A stretch of 64,000 bases of DNA, taken from Lysobacterales bacterium (GTDB lineage: Bacteria; Pseudomonadota; Gammaproteobacteria; Xanthomonadales; SZUA-5). The stretch is from positions 62,797 through 126,796 of the forward strand of contig JAXMHB010000012.1 of NCBI GenBank assembly GCA_046346965.1, given 5' to 3'. Each line of letters begins with the position of its first letter. Within the stretch, counting starts at the first letter, position 1. A program made the position numbers and the translations under genes. Below are positions 29,621 through 40,900 of this stretch, piece after piece. The notes under the pieces were generated by a model. That model worked only from the letters and a program-made list of their open reading frames with translations. It did no database searches and was not told where the DNA came from.

Positions 29621-29746
29621 GTCCCGGCTCCTGGCTCTCGGGTCCCGGGTCCCGGGTCCCGGGTCCCGAGCTCCGAGTTCCGAGTTCCGAGTTCCGAGTT
29701 CCGAGTTCCGAGTCCCGCGTCCCGCGTCCCGAGTCCCGAGTCCCGA
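29621..29746. repeat. Heptanucleotide microsatellite, 18 units of G(T/C)(C/T)CCG(G/A/C)
   Basis: Read directly: gtcccgg ctcctgg ctctcgg (gtcccgg)x3 gtcccga gctccga (gttccga)x5 (gtcccgc)x2 (gtcccga)x3. Confidence 0.9.
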
Positions 29747-29772
29747 CGCATCCATGTTAGGCAAGAGCTTCC

Positions 29773-30063
29773 TCAGTTGAAGATCACCTCGAACAGCGCG
29801 CCTTGGGCGTCCGGCTGGATCGGCACCATCATGACCTCCAGCGCCCCGTGCGTGGGGTGTACCAGCGCGTACACGCCTTGCGGCAGGCGGTAGCGCTCGG
29901 GCGAGCGAAAGATCAGTCGGAAGGCCGGCGCCGGGCGCGGCGAGGGCTGATTCAACAGGGCCGCTTCGACCAGCGTCAGCGCAAACTCGGCATTGGCTGC
30001 GCGGAACTGGACGGAGGCGTTGAGCAAGGGCGTGAAGTCGGTAACGGCAAGCGTTTCCAGCAT
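29773..30063 (-). CDS. 96-aa hypothetical protein downstream of the tail-collar triplet
   Basis: Internal ATG 30063 (MLETLAVTDFTPLLNASVQFRA...GALFEVIFN). High GC3 and balanced composition. No signal peptide and a weak SD. It resembles small orphan proteins I recall next to collar triplets (possibly DUF6916), but this is unverified. Confidence 0.5.
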   Translation of the reverse strand: MLETLAVTDFTPLLNASVQFRAANAEFALTLVEAALLNQPSPRPAPAFRLIFRSPERYRLPQGVYALVHPTHGALEVMMVPIQPDAQGALFEVIFN

Positions 30064-30183
30064 GGCGGAGGGTCGGCAGAAGGGGAATCGATCGCGCCGT
30101 CGGCGCGGTGCACAGCGACCGCGCCAGACTGATCCGGTCGGGCGCGATCCATGGGGCCGGCAAAGGCACCCGTTACCTCGCAA

Positions 30184-30203
30184 CGGGCTGGAACCCCAGC
30201 CCG
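30184..30203 (-). terminator. Hairpin after third collar gene
   Basis: CGGGCTGG-aacc-CCAGCCCG: an 8-bp stem 17 nt after the stop at 30220. Only a short U-run follows. Confidence 0.3.
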
Positions 30204-30219
30204 TCGAAAGGTCGCCGGC

Positions 30220-30738
30220 TCAGGTACGCGGCGGGTAAACGCCCTGCAGGGCAATGCAGAAATACACGGTGAGGTAGGGCTGCATATTGTTGTGCGGTGC
30301 GTCGCCGCCTGCCGGCGTCAGGGCGTTGGGACTCATCGCTACCAACGATGTGGCCGCGCCGTACAACAAACCGCCGGTCGAGCGCGCCATCGCCTCGGTG
30401 TTGTTCGGGACACGGTCCTCGCCGATCTGGTTGGTGGTGTTCACCGCGTGCGAGTGCGAGGGAATCTCCGATTCCAGCAGACTCACGGTCTCGGTGCCGC
30501 CCATCTCGCCCAAGTCGTGCAAGGACAGACCCGGCCCCTGCCCGGGATGCATGGGCGCGCGTCCCTGCAAATCCGGCAGTGCGAAGTTGGACTTCCCGTT
30601 TCCGCCGTAGGTAGTCCCGAGCAGCGAGAACAGCGCCGTGTTCTGGGAGAGCGGCAGCAACTGCCCGTCACACCACGCCCAACCTCGGGGTGCGAAGTTG
30701 AACGGGAACATACGAATCTCAGCAACAAAAGGATCCAT
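30220..30738 (-). CDS. Phage tail-collar domain protein (MdpB/COG4675-like), paralog 3
   Basis: MDPFVAEIRMFPFNFAPRGWAWCDGQLLPLSQNTALFSLLGTTYGGNGKSNFALPDLQGRAP...HNNMQPYL. GAGGAG overlaps the preceding stop, with a 9-nt gap. Confidence 0.9.
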   Translation of the reverse strand: MDPFVAEIRMFPFNFAPRGWAWCDGQLLPLSQNTALFSLLGTTYGGNGKSNFALPDLQGRAPMHPGQGPGLSLHDLGEMGGTETVSLLESEIPSHSHAVNTTNQIGEDRVPNNTEAMARSTGGLLYGAATSLVAMSPNALTPAGGDAPHNNMQPYLTVYFCIALQGVYPPRT

Positions 30739-30747
30739 GATTGCTCC

Positions 30748-31251
30748 TCAGGTCTGGCTCGGGAAGATGCCGAACATCGAAATAATGAAATCCACGCACA
30801 GGTAGGGCTGCATATTGGTATGCGGCTGACTACCGCCGACCGAACCCATGGACTGCGGGCTCAGCGGTGCATTCGGCGGCTGGGCAAAAAACGGCGTTGC
30901 GGTCAGCGGCGCGCCGATCACGTTGTTCGACGGATTCAGAGTGTTGGTCTGATCGCCCGACGCCAGAAACACATGAGAGTGCGCGGGAATCTGACTCACC
31001 GTCAACGTGACTTCCTCGGCGCCGCCAGTTTCCGCCAGCGTAAATCCGTTGCCGAAATGCACAGGAAGCCGGCCGCGCAGATCGGGGAGCGCAAATGTGC
31101 TCTGACCGTCGCCACCGTAGGTGGTCCCGATCAGGTTGAACAGGGTTTCATATTCGGAAATGGGCAGCAGTTGGCCCTCGCAAAACATCCATCCGGCCGG
31201 CGCGAAATTTCCGGCAAACATGCGGATCTCACCTACGTACGGTTGTGCCAT
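30748..31251 (-). CDS. Phage tail-collar domain protein, paralog 2
   Basis: MAQPYVGEIRMFAGNFAPAGWMFCEGQLLPISEYETLFNLIGTTYGGDGQSTFALPDLRGRLP...GGSQPHTNMQPYL. The gap to the upstream gene is 10 nt. Confidence 0.9.
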   Translation of the reverse strand: MAQPYVGEIRMFAGNFAPAGWMFCEGQLLPISEYETLFNLIGTTYGGDGQSTFALPDLRGRLPVHFGNGFTLAETGGAEEVTLTVSQIPAHSHVFLASGDQTNTLNPSNNVIGAPLTATPFFAQPPNAPLSPQSMGSVGGSQPHTNMQPYLCVDFIISMFGIFPSQT

Positions 31252-31261
31252 GGCCAGGTCC

Positions 31262-31768
31262 TCAGGTCGCGCTCGGGAAGATGCCCTGCAGGGCGATGCT
31301 GAAATTGATCACCAGGAAGGGCTGCATGTTGAGGTGGGCCTGGCTGCCGCCGACATTGGAGACAGTTCCGGCCGCCAGCGCGACCAGATTGCTCGGCTGC
31401 CGATAGGCCTCATAGTTCTGCGATGACGCCAATACCGTCGTGTTGCTCGGAACGGCCGCAGTCGCGTTGGCAGACGACGCGTTCAGGACGTGCAAATGGG
31501 TAGGAATCTCGTTGATCGACAGCGTGTGGCCCTGCTCGCCACCACGCTCGCCCAGCGTATGACCGCTGCCCACGTGAATCGGTGTGCGCCCGCGGAAATC
31601 CGGCAGCCCGAAGTTGACGCGCCCATCGCCACCGAAGGTGGTGCCCAACAGTGAAAACAATGCCTGGTTCTGGTTGATCGGGAGCAACTGGCCATTACAG
31701 AGCGCCCAACCCTTGGGCGCAAAGCCAAAGCTCATCAAGCGTATCTCGCTCAAGAACGGTTCCGCCAT
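31262..31768 (-). CDS. Phage tail-collar domain protein, paralog 1
   Basis: MAEPFLSEIRLMSFGFAPKGWALCNGQLLPINQNQALFSLLGTTFGGDGRVNFGLPDFRGRTP...GGSQAHLNMQPFL. A GGGGAGA SD is present. Confidence 0.9.
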   Translation of the reverse strand: MAEPFLSEIRLMSFGFAPKGWALCNGQLLPINQNQALFSLLGTTFGGDGRVNFGLPDFRGRTPIHVGSGHTLGERGGEQGHTLSINEIPTHLHVLNASSANATAAVPSNTTVLASSQNYEAYRQPSNLVALAAGTVSNVGGSQAHLNMQPFLVINFSIALQGIFPSAT

Positions 31769-31899
31769 TTCCTGTCTCCCCTTGTCAGAGTCGCCACGGT
31801 TTGTTTGCGTAGGCCGTTTGCTGCCTCGGCAGACCCGGCTCTGGATGGTGTCGCTGCCGCTGCCCCCACCGATCGTCCATCGGCCCCCTGGGGCGGATA

Positions 31900-31925
31900 C
31901 CGCGCGGCCGCTGTGGGCCGCGCGG
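31900..31925 (-). terminator. Perfect 10-bp GC hairpin 14 nt after the giant gene (attenuator/terminator candidate)
   Basis: CCGCGCGGCC-gctgtg-GGCCGCGCGG. No U-tract follows. Confidence 0.35.
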
Positions 31926-31938
31926 TGGATGCTGCTGC

Positions 31939-34900
31939 TCAGGTCGGCGGATTCAGGCAGGTGGCGTTGCCTACCACACTGATCGTACCCAGGGCGGTGG
32001 TCAGCGTCGCCGGCGGGTGGTTGTCGTCCAGCACGGTGGCCGGTGTCGGCGAGCCCGAGATGCCCTGCTCCAACTGGACCGTGGCCGGCGCCGCCTGACG
32101 CACACGCAGACCGAAGGCCCCGTTGACCGTGTTGTTGCGGACATCAAAGCAGGCGGTGCCGCGGCGCGCGGTGACGTCGGCGGTGGCGCCAAAGGTTGGA
32201 TCCACGCCGGTGACCACGTTGTTGATCACGGTGGTGGTCCAGTCGGGCGTGGTGTTGATGTCGGGCGTATCCACCAGGAAGGGCCGGGTGGTGCCGCCGT
32301 TGGCCGGGTGATCGATCGAGTTGCCGTCGATCGAGATATTGGCGCGACTGACCTGACCGATGGTGCTGGTCAGGAAGGCAATGATCGAATGGTTGGTCGC
32401 CGTGATCGGCGAGTTGACCACGTTGTTCTGGATCAAGGCCGTCAGACCGATGGCGCCACCAGCCAGCGCGTTGGCATTGCCCGGCGTCTGGCCGACGAAG
32501 ATGCCGACGCCACCGAAGCTATTGATGCGGTTATTGGTGACGCGCGCGGTCAGACGACCATTGTTGCCGTTGGACAGCACGAAGCCTTCATTGCCCTGGG
32601 TGAGTCGGCGGGCGAAGGACTCGTCGATGGTCGCATTGATCACCGAGCTGTCATTGGCGGCAATCTGGATCGCCTGCGAGCGATTGTCGCGGAAGATGCA
32701 GCGGTCGATGACCAGCGTCGCGTTGGCAGTGCCCTGCATCTCAAACAGGATGCCGTCGGAACCGCCGGTGGTCGAGTTGGAGTCCACCGAGCAATCGGCG
32801 GTGTCGTCGCCAGCGCTGTTCGGATTGGCGCCCTCGCTGACCGGATTCACGCCCTCAATGTTCAAGGTCAGCGTGCCGGACTGGTTATAGAACTCCAGGT
32901 TGTGCTCGATGCTGCCGCTGACCTTGGTGTTGCGAATCAAGCCGGTGCCCGTGAGGCCATTGATGCCACCCGGATTGCTGACGCCGAAATTGATCGCACC
33001 CTCGGTCTGCCCGGTGTTGTTGCCGATCACACCGTTAATGACGCTGTCGGTCAACTGGAAGTTATTGACGTTGCGGCCGGTGATCGCGGAATTGTCGAAG
33101 GTATTGAGCTGCAGACGCGCCAGCGAGACATTGCTGGTGCTGTTCAGGTAGATGCCAATGCCGCTGGTGGTGGAACCGTCGGCGCCGGTCTTGCCGCTGA
33201 TGGTGCCGCCGCTGGCCGCAGCGCCGGTGCCGGTGACGGTCAATCCGCCCAGGTTGCCGGTGGTGTCGAGCGAGATACCGACATTGGCGCCAGCGCCCGA
33301 ATTGATGCGCTGGAAGGTCAGCCCGGCCGCCGCGATCGTGGTGGCGTTGACGTTGAGGCCGATGCCGCTGGTCGTGTCGATGAAGTTGCCGGTGCCGGTG
33401 ACCGAGATTCCCGTCGCGCCGCCGGTGGCATTGAAGCCAGTACCACTGGTGGTCGTGATCGCCAGACCGCCGCCCGTGAAGTTGATCGTGCTGCCGGCGT
33501 TGTTGGTCAGCGAGATGGCTGCATTCGCGCCGGTGCTCGAGAAGGTCTTCGTCGCGTTCGAGAAGTTGACCGTGCCACCCGTTCGGTTGGTGACGCGCAG
33601 GCCTTCGACACCGGCGCCGGTGCCGCAGCTGGTGAGGCAGCTCAGCGTGCCGCTGAAGTCGACGTTGCCGGTGCCACCGGAGATGTCGATCAGACGTCCG
33701 GCCGTGACCTTGGCCACCGACCCACCAAAGCTGAAGGTCCCTGCGTTGCCGCTGAGCAGGACACCCGGGAAGCCCGCGTTCGAATTGGTGATGCTGCCGC
33801 TGGCAATGGTGATGAAGCCGGTGTAGTTGGTGGCGCTGAGACCAGGACCGGCGCCGCCGGTCGAGGTCATCGTCCCCAACGTGATGGCCAGCGCCGAATT
33901 GCTGACCAGCAGCGAGTTGAACGGCGTGGTAATCGAACCACCGGTCACCGTGGTGAGGCCGGTGCTGCCCGACACGGTCATGGAGCCGGTGGTGTTCAGC
34001 AGGATGTTGCCCAGGTTCACCGGGCTGGCGTTGTTGCTCAGGCTGATCGAGCCGTTGCCCAAGGAGCTGTTCAAACCACCCGTCAAAGTCACGCCGCCGC
34101 CCGCTGGCATGTTGGCGATGGAGAAGGCGGCCGTGGTGCCGGTCAAATCGACCTGGTTGGTCACCGACCAAGTGCCACCCACCGTGTTCAGCGTCAGCGA
34201 ACCGGCGCCCGCGTTGACATTGATGTCGAGCAGGTTGCCGTTGAGCGTGCCGGTGGTGAGGTTCATCGCGGTGCCGCTGCCGGTCAACGTCAGCTCGGCC
34301 ACCGTCAGGGTGCCGAAGGCGTTGCCGAAGATGTCGTTGCCGGCCGCACCCGAATCGCCGATGGTGAAGCCGCGCAGCGTGTTGCCGGTGCCGAGCGTGA
34401 TGCAGTTGCCGGTGCAGCTGAGCGTCGGTGCCGTGCCGCCGAAGGCCGGGAAGCTGGAGCCGGTGACCGGAGCGATGCCGGTGATCGCGCCGAGCGTCGA
34501 GGAGGAACCGTCACCCACCACGCGTTCACCGTTCTCCAGCGTGTGCGTGCCGGTGTAAGCGCCCTGGATCAGGTAGATGGTGTCGTTGGTGGTATCAGCC
34601 GCCGTTACCGCCGCCAACGTGGTTGCCGGGCAAGCCTGGGTGCCGACGTTGTCGCCGGTGCAGACAGTACCCGCGGCGTTGTCGTCGACGAACCACACCA
34701 GTTCGAGCTCTGCTGCCGGGGTCGTGGCATAGGTAAAGGTGATCTGCGCGGTATCGCCGCCCGTGACTGTGTAGAAGAAGTCTGTGCTGGCGGCGGCCGG
34801 GTTGGCCGGCGGATAGAAGGTAAAGGTGCCATTGGCATTCAGGCGGAGTGTGCCATTGGTGCCGTCATCCAACAGGCTGCCTGGCGCATTGGCGTTGGCG

Positions 34901-37900
34901 TTCGCCAGCGTTTCGCCAAAGCCGGTGATCGTACCGGTGCCCAGGGAGTCGTTGGCATCCAACTCCGCCGCTACGGGGGCAGTCAGAGTCAGCTGACGCG
35001 TCACCGGATAAGTGTCGTCGACCGCTTCCGGGCGCACATCAAAGGTGTAGACCTGATTCGCCGCCAGCGCATTGGGCGGATCGATTGCATCGTTATCGGT
35101 GATGTTCGATGCGACTACGGTCAGCGTGCATTGGGTGCCGCCTGGAAGGTTGGCAGTCGGATCGATGGTCAGGCTCGTGGCGTTGGTGGCCGGGAGTCCA
35201 GCAAATGCCCGCGGGGATCCGACCGGACACTCCAGCGTGACTGCAGCCGCAGTTGCATCAATGGCCTCGGAGAAGTTGATGACGAGGTTGCTGTCGCCAT
35301 CGACCAACTGACCCACGCCGAGCGGTAGGGTCGTCGGCACATTGGCCACCTCGGCAGTTGCCGAGGTTATGGCAGGTTGGGCGTCCACCGTGAAACTGCG
35401 TACGAAGTTGGCTGCCAGATTGTTCGGCGGATCGTTGGCATCGCTGTCGCTAATCTCGGCTGCGACGCCTGTGAGCGTGCACGAACTACCTTGCGGCAGT
35501 CCGCCCGTGGGCGTCAGCGTGATGGTGTTGGTAGCCGTGGCCGGCAGCGCCGGGACGCTGGTGAAGGGCACCGCAGCACCACAATTCAGCGTGAAGGCGT
35601 TGCTGGTCAGATCGACGTTCTCGCTGAAATTGACCGTGATCGTCTGCGTCGTCGGCACCACGGCGGCGGCAGCAGGCGTAGCCGTCGTCACCGTCGGTGC
35701 GGCGTCGGTCGTGAAGCTCCAGTTGAAGTTCGCCAGCATCTGATCGGGCGGGTCGCCGGCATCGACGTCGGTCACCAGGGTGGCGACCACACTGCCGTTG
35801 CAGGTGGCGCCTTCGGGCAGCGCCGCGGTCGGCGTCAACACCAAAGAGCTCACGTTGGTGGCCGGCAAGCCGGCGCCAAAGCTCACGGCGGCACCGCAAT
35901 TCAGCGTGACGCCACCGGCAGCGACATTCACGGGCTCGGAGAAGTTCACCGTGATCGTGCTGTTATTGGCAAGGTTCGTCGCGCCGTTGCCGGGCAGCAC
36001 CGAACTGACGCTCGGCGCGGCGTCGACGTTGAAGGTCGCGACGAAGTTGGCGGTCATATTGTCGGGCGGGTCGATGGCGTCGTCGTCGACCACCTGCGCG
36101 GCAAACACCGTCAGCGTGCAGCTGTCACCCTGGGTGTAGTTGACGGACGGCGACAGCACAAACACCGGGTCGAGGACGGTCACGCCCAGCCCGGAACCCA
36201 CGGTACGGCTGCCGGAAATCGTGCACAGCACCTGCGCCCACACGCCGGTCGGATTGACCGCTTCGCTGAAGGTCAGACGGATCTGCGTGTTGGAGTTGGC
36301 CCCTACACCGCCAGCCAGCGGCAATGCCGTGAAGCTGCCGCCAACCTGTACTTCGGCCGTGGCCACCGACGGCGGATTGTCGTTCACCGAGGTGAAGCTG
36401 ATCGCGACATTCGCCGCCATGTTGTCGGGCGGATCGCCGGCGTCGGTATCGGTGATGCCGGCGGCCAGTGCGGTCACCGTGCACAGCGTGTTGATCGGCA
36501 GCAAGCCGGTCGGAGTCAGCGTCGCCGTGTTGGTACCGCTGCCGGCGACGTTGAAGGGCACGGCGGCGCCGCAGCTGTAGGTAAAGCTGGCCGCGGTGAA
36601 GTTCACGTTCTCGCTGAAGGTGTAGGTCACCACGCCGGTCAGCGGCACATTGACCGCCCCATTGGCCGGGTTGGTCGCGGTCACGCTGGGCGCGGCATCG
36701 GTGTTGAAGGTGCGCACCACGTTCGCCGCCAGATTGTTCGGCGGATCAAAGGCGTCAACGTCGGTGATCTCGGTCGCGACGGCGGTGGCGGTACACGCGG
36801 TGTTGGCCGGCAGCGCGGCGCTCGGCGTGAAGGTCAGCGTGTTCGTGCCGCTGCCGCTGACCACACCGGTGATCGAGCCGGCGCAGTTCAGCGTGATCGC
36901 GTTCGCCGTTGCATTGACCGCTTCGTCAAAGGTGTAGCTGACCGTGGTGCCGGTACCCAGGCCCGAGGCGCCGTTGGCCGGTGCTCCGCCGGTGACGCTG
37001 GGAGCGGCGTCCACGGTGAAATTGACGACGGTGTTGGCGACCGGATTCTGCGGCGGATCGGCCAGATCGCTGTCGTTGATGGCGGCGGCGAGTACCGTCA
37101 GCACGCAGGCGCCGGACGGCAGGCTGCCAGCGTAGGTCGGATTGAGCACGCTGACGGCAGTACCACTGGCGCCGCCGGTGATCAGATTCGGGCCACCGCC
37201 GCAGCTCAGCGTCACCGCATTGGTGGCGTCCACCGGCTCGCTGAAATTGATCTGCAAGGCGACGTTGTTGGCGGTCGTGCTGCCGTTGGTCGGCGTGGTA
37301 GTGGTCACGGCCGGCGCGGCATCGACGGTGAAGGTCGCGCTGTAGTTGGCTGCCGGATTGTTCGGCGGGTCGATGGTGTCGACATCGCTGACGCTGGCGG
37401 CCGGCACCGTCAGGGTGCAGCTGCCGGCGGGCAGCGGGGCGGTGTAGGTCAGATTCAAGGTGGTCACGCCGGCGCCGGTGCTGCCACCGGTGATCAGGTT
37501 GGGGCCGCCACCGCAGCTCAGCGTGGTGCCGGCGATGACGTTGACCGATTCGCTGAAGTTGACGCTGATCGCGGCGTTGTTGGCGATGGTGGCGCCATTG
37601 GCCGGCGTGCTGCTCACCACCGGCGGAGCGTCGACGTTGACGCTGATCAGGTCGGTGTCGATCTGCGCGCCGCCGCTGCCGGTGTTGCCCTGGTCATTGG
37701 TGATCACGGTGATCGTGCGCGTCGCGGTGGTGCCGGCGACCGGCGTGTAGGTCAGGCTGCCGGAGGGGCCGTTCAGCGCCGTGTTCAGCGCCGTCAGCGT
37801 ACCGGTGGCGATCACCAGCTCGGTGCCGTTGCCGGTCAGGCTGCTCAGCACGCCACCCGGATTGGCCAGCGTCAGCGTGCCATTGGCCGGCGCGCCGGTG

Positions 37901-40900
37901 CCAAAGCTCATCTGCACGATGCCGGCTGCGGCGTCGACGTCGGCCACGCTGATCGCGTTGGTGTTGGCGGTGCTGAAGACCAGCGGCACGGTGTCGCCAG
38001 TGTTCTGCGCGCCCGGCACGGTGTTCACCGGCGCGTCGTTGACGGCGTTGACGGTGATGACGAAGGTCTGCGCGGCGCTGGTGTTGACGTTCGGGGGAGT
38101 GCCCGAGCCGCTGTCGACCGCGACCAGCGTGATGGTAGCGCTGCCGCTGGTATTGGCGGCGGGCGTGTAGGTCAGCACGCCGGTCGGGCTGATCGCCGGG
38201 GCGGTGCTGAACAATCCGGCATTGGTGTTGCCGGTGACGTTGAAGCTGACCGTCTGCGCGGCCTCATCGGCCGGACCCGGGCTGATCGCAGTCGCCCACG
38301 GATTGACCGTCTGCGGACCCGCGTCTTCATTCACGCTCTGATCGGCGCCCTTGGTGAAGCTGGGCGCGTCGTTCACTGCAGTGACGGTGATCGTGAAGTT
38401 CTGCGGCGCACTGGTGTCGACGCCGCCGTTCGCGGTGCCGCCGTTGTCGCTCAGCGTCAGCGTGATCGTGGCGGTGCCGTTGGCGTTGGGCGCCGGCGTG
38501 TAGGTCAGCACACCCGTCGGGCTGATCGCTGGCGCAACGCTGAACAGGGCCGCGTTGGTGTTGTTGGTGACATTGAAGGTCAGCGTCTGCGTGACTTCCG
38601 GATCGCCATCGTTGATCGCCGTGGCCCACGGGTTGACCGTCTGCGCGCCGGCATCTTCGAGCACGGTCTGGTTCGGCCCCGCAGTGAAGCTGGGCGCGTC
38701 GTTGACGCCGGTGACGGTGACCGTGAAGGTCTGCGTGGGGCTCAAGTCGACACCGCCGTTGGCGGTACCGCCGGAATCCTGCACGCGCACCGTGAAGGTG
38801 CTGCTGCCGTTCTGGTTGGCCGCCAGCGTGTAGCTCAGCGTGCCATTGTTGGCCACCGCCGGCGCGACCGCGAACAGCGCCGGGTTGCTGACCGCGCTGA
38901 CGGTGTAGCCGAGCACGGTCTGACCGGATTCGTCGGCCGGGCCCGGATTGAACGTGGCCCAGGCCGGAATGCTGACGGCCGCCGCGTCTTCGTTCACCGT
39001 CGGCGGATTGCTGGCGGTGAAGCTCGGCGCGTCATTGACCGCAGTGACGGTGATCGTGAAGTTTTGCGGCGCGCTGGTGTCGACGCCGCCGTTCGCGGTG
39101 CCGCCGTTGTCGCTGAGCGTCAGCGTGATCGTGGCGCTGCCGTTGGCATTGGGCGCCGGCGTGTAGGTCAGCACGCCCGTCGGGCTGATCGCCGGCGCAA
39201 CGCTGAACAGGGCCGCGTTGGTGTTGTTGGTGACATTGAAGGTCAGCGTCTGCGTCACCTCCGGATCGCCATCGTCGATGCCGGTCGCCCACGGATTCAC
39301 CGTTTGCGCACCGGCGTCTTCCAGCACGGTCTGGTTCGGACCCGCGGTGAACACCGGCGCATCGTTGATGCCGGTGACCGTGATCGTGAAGGTCTGCGGT
39401 GTACTGGTGTCGATGCCGCCGTTGGCGGTGCCGCCGTTGTCGCTCAGCGTCAGCGTGATCGTGGCGCTGCCGACCGCATTCGCGGCGGGCGTGTAGGTCA
39501 GCGTGCCGGTCGGGCTGACCGCCGGCGCAGCACTGAACAGCGCCGGATTGGTATTGCCGGTGATGTTGAAGCTGAGCGTCTGACCGGACTCATCGGCCGG
39601 GCCGGCGCTGATCGCCGTCGCCCACGGCGTGACCGTCTGCGCGCCCGCGTCCTCGTTCACGGTCTGGTTGGCGCCTGCGGTGAAGCTCGGCGCGTCGTTG
39701 ACCGCGGTGACGGTGATCGTGAAGCTCTGCGGCGCACTGGTGTCGACGCCGCCGTTGGCGGTGCCGCCATCGTCGCTCAGCGTGAGCGTGATGGTCGCCG
39801 TGCCATTGGCGTTGGCCGCCGGCGTATAGGTCAGCGCGCCGGTCGGGCTGATCGCCGGGCCAGCGCTGAACAGTGCGGGATTGGTGTTGCCGGTGACATT
39901 GAAAGTCAGCGTCTGCGTGACTTCCGGATCGCCATCGCTGACGCCCGTAGCCCACGGATTCACCGTCTGCGCGCCGGCATCCTCGAGCACGGTCTGATTC
40001 GGGCCCGCGGTGAACACCGGCACATCGTTCACCGGCGTGATCGTGATGGTCACCGTGGCCGGCGTCTGGCTCGGAACCTGACCATCGAAGGCGTTGTAGG
40101 TGAAGGTGTCTGTGCCGTTGGCATTGGCATTCGGCGTGTAGGTGAAGCCGCCGTTGGCATTCAGCGTCAGCGTGCCGCGCGTCGGGCCGGTGACCAGTTG
40201 CGCCGTGATCGGATTGCCCTCGGGATCGCTGTCATTGGCGAGCACGCCCGGCGCCGGCACGGTCAGCGCCGTGTCTTCCAGCGTCGTGTAGGCGTCATTG
40301 ACGGCGACCGGCGGCCGGTTTTCCACGTCCACCACGTCCAGGCGGAAAAACAGCGTCGAGGCCTCGTCGGCACCGAAGGCAGCGACGATGTCGGTGGCTG
40401 CCAGATTGGGTACCGGATCGCCGGTGGGATCGTTTCCGATCGGCGAGCTGTTCGACCAGTCGCCCACCTGACCGTCGGCGATGAAGTTGGCCGCCCACGC
40501 CGCCAGGCCGGCGGAGAAGAAGGCGCCCAGCAGCAGCATCTGCGCCAGCGCGCGATTGCGCTTGAGCGTGCGCAGCGCCACGCCGACCAGCACCAGCGCC
40601 AGCAACAGCGCGCCAACGAAACCCAGCGTCGGGATCAGCTGCGGCGTGCCGACGGTCATCGGCGGACCGCCGACCTGACCGTTGCTGGTGTAGAGGATGT
40701 CGATCGACCCCGAGGCGCTCTCGGCGGCGAAGCCGACGCGCACTTGCGGCTGTACGCCCGGCAGCAGGCTGCGGCCCACCGCCATTTCGATCACATCAGC
40801 GAAAGCGCCGGCGCCTAGCGGCAGACCGTTGTTGAGGCCGACGGGGTAGCCCGCGCTCAGCGTGGCTGGTGCGCTGAAGCTGCCGCCAGAGCAGGCTGCC

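Larger units (their letters stand above)
29313..29772. repeat. Composite intergenic repeat cluster (modules A and B plus heptamer arrays)
   Basis: Module A (CCTACGCAyyCATGTTTGGCAAGAG) occurs at 29417, 29551 and 29746, and inverted at about 29313-29345. Module B (TGTCTCGCCTTCGGCGCGCTTACTCG..GCAAACTGGCG) occurs at about 29446 and 29578. The same A/B/heptamer unit recurs at 63299-63405. Confidence 0.7.

Noticed and set aside
29621-29746. Heptamer array as a phase-variation switch
   Set aside because: The array is intergenic and more than 500 nt from the nearest start codon (29110). It does not lie between a -35 and a -10, so slippage would not obviously switch a gene.
29214-30169. Track ORFs translating to SRVPGPGSRVPSSEFRVPSSEF and similar
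   Set aside because: They are read-through translations of the heptanucleotide microsatellite and repeat modules. The 7-nt period cannot maintain a coding frame.
30220-31768. Tail-collar genes as a prophage or tailocin remnant
   Set aside because: No other phage-related gene (structural, lysis, integrase, repressor) and no att-like repeats occur anywhere in the window. The genes are embedded in an operon-like block with a giant adhesin-like gene.
32017-40818. Two very long plus-strand ORFs (1103 and 1813 aa)
   Set aside because: They are antisense to the giant repeat-protein gene. The translations are Arg/Gly/Asp/Ala-rich and merely mirror the repeats. The minus-strand frame has a signal peptide and coherent domain repeats.
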